From contig MFRE01000022.1 in assembly GCA_001784475.1 (NCBI GenBank), positions 44,234-108,233 on the forward strand: DNA of 64,000 bases, written 5' to 3'. The stretch comes from Candidatus Magasanikbacteria bacterium RIFOXYD2_FULL_41_14. Its GTDB lineage: Bacteria > Patescibacteriota > Patescibacteriia > Magasanikbacterales > GWA2-37-8. Below, piece by piece: positions 28,712-36,069 of this stretch. Both the position numbers and the translations under genes were made by a program. Each line of letters opens with the position of its first letter. The first letter of the stretch is position 1. The notes beneath the pieces were generated by a model, which worked only from the letters and a program-made list of their open reading frames with translations, did no database searches and was not told the origin of the DNA.

Positions 28712-29698
28712 TTAATTTATTTTCTCCGATTTAATATTGGAGTATTTTTTTATCATTTTTTCCAATTCTTTACGATTTAATAATCCGGCTTGCGCGCCCA
28801 CGGCGGAAATTACCCCGCAACTATTGGCAATACCCCATTGCAGGGCGACTTGGGGTGAGTGACCATTGATTTTGGCGGCTAAATATCCGGAAGAAAACGC
28901 ATCGCCGGCACCGGTTTTGCTCACTACTTTTATTGGGAAACTTTCTAAATGATACACATCATCAATATTGCCGGCATACGCCCCGCGCGCGGCATCGGTA
29001 ATTACCACTTCGTCCGGCCCCAGTTTTAAAAGTTCGTGAATTAGCGCAGCGACAGTCTTTTCTTTTTTCAAAGTGGTGTTTAAAATTTTTTCTGCTTCTT
29101 CTAAATTTACAATTAATGTATCCACGGCCGGTAGTAGCGCGCGGATATCGGCCACGCTATGTTTTAATTGGTGCGAGCCGGGCGTATAGGCCAAGCACAC
29201 GGTCGCGTGTTTGGCAATATATTTTAAAAGTGTTTCGTGAAGTGGTTTTAGGCCTTCGGATAAACCGGTTAAATAAATCCAATCGGTCGGGGGGAAATTT
29301 TTGGGCCAAACATAATCGCGTTTGCTATGCTGTGATAAAATTGTGCGTTCGCCTTTAAAGTTTAATACCACTGAGTATCGAGTTGGTGTCTTTTTGCTGA
29401 TGGAAATTAAATTAGTATCAACTTTGGCTTTTTTTAAAGTGCTTAAAATAATTTGGCCATTGGAATCAGCGCCAATATCAGTTAGAAGAGCAGTGGAGAA
29501 TCCTAGTTTAGACACACCCACCGCCACATTGGCACCGTCACCGCCAACAGTTTGAAAACTTTCTTTTACCGGCACTTTGGCAGCGTAATCTAAACATAGC
29601 CGGCAGCGTCCGTGATCAAAGTCGCATTCAACAGATGCGTCGTCGATCATCACCTGTGTATCAATGACCGCGTCGCCGATGATAATAAGTTGTTTCAT
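28712..29698 (-). CDS. PfkB-family carbohydrate kinase
   Basis: 328 aa, C-terminal GAGDAFSSGYLAA signature. Confidence 0.8.
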   Translation of the reverse strand: MKQLIIIGDAVIDTQVMIDDASVECDFDHGRCRLCLDYAAKVPVKESFQTVGGDGANVAVGVSKLGFSTALLTDIGADSNGQIILSTLKKAKVDTNLISISKKTPTRYSVVLNFKGERTILSQHSKRDYVWPKNFPPTDWIYLTGLSEGLKPLHETLLKYIAKHATVCLAYTPGSHQLKHSVADIRALLPAVDTLIVNLEEAEKILNTTLKKEKTVAALIHELLKLGPDEVVITDAARGAYAGNIDDVYHLESFPIKVVSKTGAGDAFSSGYLAAKINGHSPQVALQWGIANSCGVISAVGAQAGLLNRKELEKMIKKYSNIKSEKIN

Positions 29699-29705
29699 AA
29701 ATTTT

Positions 29706-29791
29706 TGTCATTGCGAGGAGTCATTACGACGAAGCAATCTCATGAAATATGGGATTGCCACGTCCCGACTAAGTCGGGACTCGCAATGACA
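29706..29791. repeat. MITE-like element (GTCATTGCGAG...CTCGCAATGAC with internal GTCCCGACTAAGTCGGGAC hairpin)
   Basis: Read directly. Confidence 0.6.
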
Positions 29792-29814
29792 ATTAGTAAA
29801 TTATTTTTTTGTAT

Positions 29815-30123
29815 TTATTTTTTATCACCGTGATCTTTGTGATAGCCAATCATAATTTCAATAAGTTCAATAAAACTTGCAGCGGCCAGTCCGGCCATAG
29901 CAATAGTGAACATAATGTTGCCAATGTAAACAGCATAAACTAATAGACAACCAGCTCCGATAAAAAATACCGCATCTTGGCGTTTTTCCGCTTCCAAAAA
30001 AATAGCGTAGGTGATTAGAATCGCTCCGACCATCGCCACTACTTCTACGATGACTTTAAATAATGGCCAGGGGAGGGTGGGAAGGAAATTTGCGAGAGGC
30101 ATAATTTTAAAATTAAAAATCAA
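29815..30123 (-). CDS. small membrane protein (3 TM), unknown function
   Basis: 102 aa, hydrophobic. Confidence 0.4.
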   Translation of the reverse strand: MIFNFKIMPLANFLPTLPWPLFKVIVEVVAMVGAILITYAIFLEAEKRQDAVFFIGAGCLLVYAVYIGNIMFTIAMAGLAAASFIELIEIMIGYHKDHGDKK

Positions 30124-30155
30124 ATATCAAAATGTAAAATTTGTGATTGCACAAT

Positions 30156-30247
30156 TGTCATGCTGAGCGTAGTCGAAGTATCCCTTAAATTTGACAGCAA
30201 ATTAAATGTTGGCGTTAAGGGATCCCTCGGCTACGCTCGGGATGACA
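30156..30247. repeat. MITE-like element (GTCATGCTGAGCGTAGTCGAAGTATCCCTT...AAGGGATCCCTCGGCTACGCTCGGGATGAC)
   Basis: Imperfect ~30-bp TIRs. The overlapping plus ORF 30160..30618 is spurious and antisense to trxB. Confidence 0.6.
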
Positions 30248-30252
30248 GCGTC

Positions 30253-31197
30253 CTATTCCCATCTATTAATATACTCTATCGTGGCAAGCGACGCAATAAT
30301 TCCCTGCCCAACCGAAATGCCGATTTGTTTGTAGGGGATATTAGTAACATCACCCGCGGCAAATACTCCCGGCAAATTGGTTTTACATTTAGCATCTACA
30401 ATAATTTCGCCACCTGTATTTTTTTCCAGTCCAGCATCAAAATTAGAATTGGGAATTTGACCGATGTGGACCATAACGCCTTGTACTTCAATAGTATTGG
30501 TAGCACCGTGATTGTCCGTGTAATCCAGCGATACAACTCGGTCGGTGCCATTAATTTTGGTAGTGGTAGCGCCGTAAATTACTTCAATATTTGGCAAAGA
30601 TTTTACTTTGTCCACTAAAATTGTTTCACCTTTTGGAAAGCCACCCTTGTTTTCTGGTGTGTCGGTGTATTTGCTAATTAAATAAACTTTGGTAGCGATG
30701 CCGGCCATCATCAAAGCTGATTCCAAAGCAGAATTACCAGAGCCAATTGTTGCTGTCACTTTGTTTTTAAACAATGGTCCGTCGCAAACCGTGCAATAAG
30801 TGACACCTTTACGATTTAATTCTTCTTCGCCTGGGACTTTTAAGTGGCGGGGATGAATGCCAGTTGCGATAATTACTGTTTTGGTTTCGTAGGTATTGAT
30901 TTTGTCGGACGCATTTTTGGCTGATACAATATAATAATTGTCTTTCGCCTCTATTTTTTCCACGCGCCAACCTTCATCAATTTCAACTCCATATGAACGC
31001 ACATGCTCGGTAAATTTTTGCGCCAATTCAAACCCTTGAATTTCAATAATTCCGGGCCAGTTATTAACTACACCAGATAAAGCGACTTCGCCACCAAGTT
31101 CGGTGGCAACCATTTTAAAATTTAGTTTACGGCGCGCGGCATAAATTGCAGCAGCATTGCCGGCGGCAGATCCGCCGATGATAATTAGGTCTAGCAT
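30253..31197 (-). CDS. trxB: thioredoxin-disulfide reductase
   Basis: FAD motif LDLIIIGGSAAGNAAAIYAARR, redox CTVC, NADPH motif. Confidence 0.9.
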   Translation of the reverse strand: MLDLIIIGGSAAGNAAAIYAARRKLNFKMVATELGGEVALSGVVNNWPGIIEIQGFELAQKFTEHVRSYGVEIDEGWRVEKIEAKDNYYIVSAKNASDKINTYETKTVIIATGIHPRHLKVPGEEELNRKGVTYCTVCDGPLFKNKVTATIGSGNSALESALMMAGIATKVYLISKYTDTPENKGGFPKGETILVDKVKSLPNIEVIYGATTTKINGTDRVVSLDYTDNHGATNTIEVQGVMVHIGQIPNSNFDAGLEKNTGGEIIVDAKCKTNLPGVFAAGDVTNIPYKQIGISVGQGIIASLATIEYINRWE

Positions 31198-31260
31198 AAG
31201 TGATTTAATAATTGAAGATTAAAGATTGAAGATTGATGGTGGTCGCGCAATCTTTAATCT

Positions 31261-31938
31261 TTAGTATTCAATCTTTTTTATTAAATTATTGTATGCTATT
31301 TTCATATCAGGTGCTTTCGTTAATGCACTCCCCACGTAAAATCGTTCCACGCCCCAAGATTTGATTTGTTGAATAGTATTTTCATTAACCGAGCCGTCCA
31401 CTGCCAGTGTCGGGCGCTTTTTCGGCAATTGTTTTATTTTTTCACCCACGTCCGGCCGAAACGAATTTCCTTGTTTGCCCGGCACAACTGTTAAAAACAA
31501 TAGCATATCTATGTCCGTACACGTGTACGGACATAATTTTTTAATATCTGTGTCCGGACTAATCGCAATACCGACCGCGTATCCCATTTTTTTAATTTTA
31601 GCGATTACTGCTTGCGGGTCATCCGCTCCTTCAATATGAAAAATTACCCGAAAAACATTTTTTACTGATTTCCATTTATCTAATTCCGCCAGTGGGTGTT
31701 TTACCATTAAGTGTAGCTCCCATTTGAGCGGGCTGTTTAACAAATTTATTTCTGTTCGTTCAGAAAAGGAGACATTGTCCACCAATTCACCATCCATGAC
31801 ATCAATTTGTACGTAATCAGAAAATTCTTCGGCTTGTTTGGCCTGCTTGGTAAATTCGTTAAAATCATTGGTCAGAATTGTTAAAATGATTTTACTTTTT
31901 GTTTTCAAATTCAGTAATTTTTTTAATACGTCTAGCAT
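31261..31938 (-). CDS. rpe: ribulose-phosphate 3-epimerase
   Basis: IDVMDGELVDNVSF, HLMV, VVPGKQGNSF motifs. Contains palindrome copy 2 in-frame. Overlaps rpiB by 47 nt. Confidence 0.8.
   Translation of the reverse strand: MLDVLKKLLNLKTKSKIILTILTNDFNEFTKQAKQAEEFSDYVQIDVMDGELVDNVSFSERTEINLLNSPLKWELHLMVKHPLAELDKWKSVKNVFRVIFHIEGADDPQAVIAKIKKMGYAVGIAISPDTDIKKLCPYTCTDIDMLLFLTVVPGKQGNSFRPDVGEKIKQLPKKRPTLAVDGSVNENTIQQIKSWGVERFYVGSALTKAPDMKIAYNNLIKKIEY
31510..31535. repeat. palindromic repeat copy 2 (TATGTCCGTACACGTGTACGGACATA) inside rpe coding sequence
   Basis: Perfect 26-bp palindrome, encodes LCPYTCTDI in rpe. Confidence 0.6.
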
Positions 31939-32344
31939 ATTTTGGGTTATCAGAACGCATTTCTGTTTCTAAAAATTTTTTGACTATTGCGTAGGCGTGG
32001 TCAGTTGATAATACTTTGCCGGCTAAACACAAAACATTAGCATCACTATCGCGCCGGGCCATTTCTGCACCTTCGATACTGTAGCCCATACCCGCACGTA
32101 TGCCTTTGACTTTATTAGCCGAAAAACACATGCCCTGGCCGGAACCGCAAATTAGTATTCCGATAGCATTTTTGTTCGATGCCACTTTCCCCCCTAATTT
32201 AAAAGCATAATCCGGATAGTCATCTTCTGGGTCAAATTTATCTGGACCTAAATCTTCCACTTTTTTGTTTAATTGAGTGGTTAAATAGGTGACGAGGTGC
32301 TTTTTAAGCTGAAAACCACCGTGGTCTGAGGCAATATATATCAT
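31892..32344 (-). CDS. rpiB: ribose-5-phosphate isomerase B
   Basis: MIYIASDHGGFQLK...GILICGSGQGM, RpiB/LacAB family. Confidence 0.85.
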   Translation of the reverse strand: MIYIASDHGGFQLKKHLVTYLTTQLNKKVEDLGPDKFDPEDDYPDYAFKLGGKVASNKNAIGILICGSGQGMCFSANKVKGIRAGMGYSIEGAEMARRDSDANVLCLAGKVLSTDHAYAIVKKFLETEMRSDNPKYARRIKKITEFENKK

Positions 32345-32480
32345 ATTTTGCTATTATTTTTAGTGTTTTAATTATACCATTTTTGCTATTTTGATTCAAA
32401 TGTCAAAACAAGTATATTATGATTGACCGGATTGGCATTTTTAGGTACAATAATAGTATAAAATTATTCTCTATATTTTT

Positions 32481-33848
32481 ATGAAAAATCATCACATGGT
32501 TTTATTGCGCGTTTTAGGATTAGCGGTTGTAGTTTTAGTATTTTCCCCAGTGGCTGTATTTTGCTACGACGTTTATGGTGGCGGTTATGATTCTTACACT
32601 GGCTCTTATGATTCCTATGGTGTGGATTATGATAACTCAGCCTGGACCCCGTCAGTGCCGTCTACCGACAATTCTTATTCGTCCGGAGACACAGCAGGCA
32701 TTAGCGGACCAACTGGCTCGGGTAGTTCCAGTGGTGTGGCAGTTAACGCCACTACTAAAGTGGATTTTAAAGACACCAGTGGTTCTGGCTATGGAGCGGT
32801 TTTTTATAATTCTTCGGGTGCTTTGGAAAGTCGCGCGTTGGTTGATTGGGATAAACGCTTGGTATATGTTAAATCTGGCTCTAAACCAGATTACACAAAA
32901 GTGGTGGGGGAAGTTAAAGCAATCAATTGGATTACTGATGGCTATGAGGGTAGTTGGGGGTATATTGATACTACGGCTTTAGAAAATTATTTTAAACCAG
33001 TTACTCCGGCGCCTGCTTCGACTCCAGCAGTTTCTTCGGGGCCTAATTTTGCATCATCTGCCCCGACGGGTGCGCGTTTGGTGACAATTAGTAATGGCTA
33101 TGTTTATGATACCAATACTAAAGCGGAAATTAGTTACGCGATGCCAGAAGAATCCAGCGGAAAAATATACAATCGTGAGAGTAGTGCGGAAATTGGTAAA
33201 ATGTTGTCGGTGACAACTGGGTATTTAGATGAATATACTAATGTGTCATCTGGTTCCGTCGCTACTGGTTCCAATAACTCCGGCACGGGGACACAATCAT
33301 CCAGTGCAACAACACCAACGGCCGGTACAGTGTCTAATAACATTGCTAATACTGCCACTAAAGTTGCCACGCCAGTTACAGCAAGCAACAATTCGTCAGG
33401 TGCAATGTCGGCGACAGTGGCTAACGAAGCCGTTTCGGTAGAAAATTCTAATACTTCAATTCCAACCGGAGCCCAAGAGGTGTTTGCTAAATATGCGGAC
33501 GGCTCTTATGTTGTTTATGATAAAGCCACGGGTGCACCAATACCAGAGGCCTACTATAATGGTACTGATAAAACTATTTATTATGGAAATTCCGATCAGA
33601 CATATGGGAAAATATTGGCCAATAATGCTGGATATGTGGAACCAAACATGTTTGATGTTGCGACTAGTGGTGAGGCGATGATAGCGACTAGAAGTACTGA
33701 AGAGGCGACTTCAAATAGTGCGTCGCCTGATTCTAGTAAAAAAGTTCAAGCGGTTGGGATTGGAGCGGCGATGGGAAATTTAGTAAAAGCAGTGACAAAT
33801 GTTTTTTCAGAATTATTTAAATCAATATTTAGTATTTTTAAAAAGTAA
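32481..33848 (+). CDS. secreted Ser/Thr/Gly/Tyr-rich low-complexity protein
   Basis: 455 aa, signal peptide MKNHHMVLLRVLGLAVVVLVFSPVAVFC. Confidence 0.45.
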   Translation: MKNHHMVLLRVLGLAVVVLVFSPVAVFCYDVYGGGYDSYTGSYDSYGVDYDNSAWTPSVPSTDNSYSSGDTAGISGPTGSGSSSGVAVNATTKVDFKDTSGSGYGAVFYNSSGALESRALVDWDKRLVYVKSGSKPDYTKVVGEVKAINWITDGYEGSWGYIDTTALENYFKPVTPAPASTPAVSSGPNFASSAPTGARLVTISNGYVYDTNTKAEISYAMPEESSGKIYNRESSAEIGKMLSVTTGYLDEYTNVSSGSVATGSNNSGTGTQSSSATTPTAGTVSNNIANTATKVATPVTASNNSSGAMSATVANEAVSVENSNTSIPTGAQEVFAKYADGSYVVYDKATGAPIPEAYYNGTDKTIYYGNSDQTYGKILANNAGYVEPNMFDVATSGEAMIATRSTEEATSNSASPDSSKKVQAVGIGAAMGNLVKAVTNVFSELFKSIFSIFKK

Positions 33849-33854
33849 AATTAT

Positions 33855-34274
33855 ATGAGTGATCATGAAGGCGGTAGTCAAGGCGGTAATCTAGTGGGTG
33901 GCGCAGACGCGGCGCCCGTGCGGGATTTGCCCAAAGGACGTTTGGTGACAATAGATGAGTTTTATACTCCTGATCCAGCTGAGCCGGCTCGCGCTTGGCA
34001 TAATTTTGTGGCTCATTTTGCCGGTGGAATGTTTGGTGATTCACATCACTCTAAAAAATATTATCAGGAATTTGCTGCTGAATATCCAGATTTGGCGGCC
34101 AAGTTATGTGATGCCGTTCAGGAAATGCGTAAGCAAAAAGTTAATCATTTAGCTCAAATAAAAAGTGATTCACAATTAAGACAGATGGTCTATGATGCCT
34201 ATGCAATAATGAAAAGGCATGGGGCCAATGATCAGGAATTGTTTGGCTTTGGTTTTGAAACTTTAAAAGATTAA
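33855..34274 (+). CDS. hypothetical protein
   Basis: 139 aa, no motif. Confidence 0.4.
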   Translation: MSDHEGGSQGGNLVGGADAAPVRDLPKGRLVTIDEFYTPDPAEPARAWHNFVAHFAGGMFGDSHHSKKYYQEFAAEYPDLAAKLCDAVQEMRKQKVNHLAQIKSDSQLRQMVYDAYAIMKRHGANDQELFGFGFETLKD

Positions 34275-34301
34275 TCTATATAAAACTTAGAATACAATTT
34301 T

Positions 34302-34943
34302 ATGTCTGTAAATAAATATTTAAGTGTGGTTGTAGCTGGTATTTTTTTAGTTGGTGTCGGGTGCCAGAGAAACGCGCCGTTATCCGCCGATTTACCACCC
34401 GCACCAGTTAGTCAAGTCCCGAGCGCCGTATCATTACCACAGGCAGTGGTGCCTTCAGCCCCGATTCAATCCGCTCCGGCCAGTCAAACTACTGTAGTTG
34501 CGGCCCCATTTTGTCCATTAACAGTGGATCTAGTTAGTCAATTTTGCACTGTTAAAGGTGGGTTAGAAATTGGTGCATATGGATGTTCGTTAAACAGCAA
34601 AGTATCTGGTATGCCGTTTGTTTTGTTTGCTACCCAAGGTTGGGCGGATAATATGCGCGAACAAATGGCAGGCGCTTATAATGCCGCAAAATTTGGAGAT
34701 GTACCAATGCCAACGTGGAACGAAAGCGGAGTGGGAGATTTAGCTTTTTTAACACCGCTAATTGGCCTTAATGAGGATGCGGCCAGGTCCACTGTTGAAA
34801 GCAAAGGTTATAATTTGTATATTAAAAAAGGTGGCACACTCTATCAATTTGTAGGTTATGGCAAGGATTTCCCCAGTCAGGATGCTGGAAATTGTTCGGT
34901 AGAACAGATGAAAAAAATGGCGCAGAAGATATTGAGTGAGTAA
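34302..34943 (+). CDS. putative lipoprotein
   Basis: 213 aa, signal peptide with lipobox LVGVGC. Confidence 0.5.
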   Translation: MSVNKYLSVVVAGIFLVGVGCQRNAPLSADLPPAPVSQVPSAVSLPQAVVPSAPIQSAPASQTTVVAAPFCPLTVDLVSQFCTVKGGLEIGAYGCSLNSKVSGMPFVLFATQGWADNMREQMAGAYNAAKFGDVPMPTWNESGVGDLAFLTPLIGLNEDAARSTVESKGYNLYIKKGGTLYQFVGYGKDFPSQDAGNCSVEQMKKMAQKILSE

Positions 34944-34972
34944 TATTTTTTTATTCGTTTATTTAAATATTT

Positions 34973-35752
34973 ATGTCTGAACGCGGACCAAAATTTATTC
35001 CTCCAGTGGAAAAAAGTTTGCTTAGAAAAAATGTTGAAAGAGTCGGCGTTGGTTTGGCGGTGGTGCTGGCCGGTTTAGGGGTTAAGAAATTTAGTGAATC
35101 TGGAACAGAAATTGTACGAGCCAATATTCCACCACAGCCTGCCAAATTGGTGGGGGAAGCAACAGGCGTAAATGAAAGTAAACAAGCGGTCCTTGCTGAT
35201 TTGCGTCGGAAAATCAAGAATGATTCATTGGGAGGCAACGCTGGTGATGTTTTTGGCGGAGGACTTCCGCCAGAAGACGGCGAGGCAGTGATTGAAACTC
35301 CCGTAGAAAAGCAAGCGCGGTTATTTAAAAATGTTTTTGAAGAAGTTAAAAAAGTCTTTCCTAATGCTGTTTTGCGATCGGAATTGGATGATGCTATGGC
35401 AGAGGTGTTGGATTCTGATCCTGATGATTCGGCGGCAACAGCCAGAGGGCGCGAATTGGAAAATAGAGAAAGGGAATCTGTGGTGGTCGGGGATTATTCA
35501 GATTTTGCTAATCACGATAAGTATCAGATTAAAATTTCTATGCCTGTTGCAGAACAGCAGTTGGCTGGTAGTAGGATGTATTTTTTCTTAGATCCATTAG
35601 TAGACGAAGGTAAGGTGTCAGTATCTTTTTCAGGGGGTGGGTCTGAAAAAAAAGTGGTGGATCCGAAAGATTTGCCAAGTTTAATGCAGGATGCTTATGT
35701 CGCTTATGTGGCGCATTTAGAAGAGGTTAAAGAGCGAGAAAGCGCAGAGTGA
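34973..35752 (+). CDS. membrane-anchored hypothetical protein
   Basis: 259 aa, N-terminal TM VGVGLAVVLAGLGV. Confidence 0.45.
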   Translation: MSERGPKFIPPVEKSLLRKNVERVGVGLAVVLAGLGVKKFSESGTEIVRANIPPQPAKLVGEATGVNESKQAVLADLRRKIKNDSLGGNAGDVFGGGLPPEDGEAVIETPVEKQARLFKNVFEEVKKVFPNAVLRSELDDAMAEVLDSDPDDSAATARGRELENRERESVVVGDYSDFANHDKYQIKISMPVAEQQLAGSRMYFFLDPLVDEGKVSVSFSGGGSEKKVVDPKDLPSLMQDAYVAYVAHLEEVKERESAE

Positions 35753-35756
35753 TAAG

Positions 35757-35986
35757 TTGACTTTTTATTAGATTTATATTAGTATTAATATATAAGCGCC
35801 ACACCCGTTATCAGCGGGAAATTCCCACATTGGATGCGTTAGAGGCAGAAGTCCCGGCTGGGTCGGGATGTAGAACCTCTCGGGCAAGCCCGTTAAAGCT
35901 GTAAATAAGTTAAAGCCACAGATGGTACCGTCCGCCGAATAGGCGCGACTCTGGGCACGCATTTTTTGCGTGTTTTTATTTTTTAC
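35757..35986 (+). promoter_or_regulatory. promoter plus ~190-nt structured leader with terminator upstream of ileS (candidate T-box-like riboswitch)
   Basis: TTGACT (35757-62)-17-TAGTAT. 5' hairpin CCCG-UUAUCAG-CGGG with AUC (Ile codon) in the loop at 35810-12. UGGUACCG at 35923-30 matches the T-box core. Terminator hairpin plus U-tract at 35954-35986. Confidence 0.3.
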
Positions 35987-36054
35987 TGTCATGCTGAACT
36001 TGTTTCAGCATCCCTTAAATGGCCTGGGATCCTGAAGCAAGTTCAGGATGACAA
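35987..36054. repeat. MITE-like element (GTCATGCTGAACTTGTTTCAGCATCCCTT...GGGATCCTGAAGCAAGTTCAGGATGAC)
   Basis: Read directly. Lies between the leader terminator and the ileS start. Confidence 0.6.
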
Positions 36055-36069
36055 CTATAACTAGTTTTT

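Noticed and set aside
30160-30618. 152-aa plus-strand ORF
   Set aside because: It starts inside the MITE and runs antisense to trxB.
35840-35870. RNase P P4-like string GAAGUCCCGGCU in the ileS leader
   Set aside because: The whole non-coding region is about 190 nt, too short for RNase P RNA, and the other universal P4/P10-12 motifs are absent.
35845-35880. SRP RNA similarity (AGGCAGA...CGGGAUGUAG) in the ileS leader
   Set aside because: The 5' partner strand and the GGAA-capped domain IV motif (GGAAGCAGCC) are absent.
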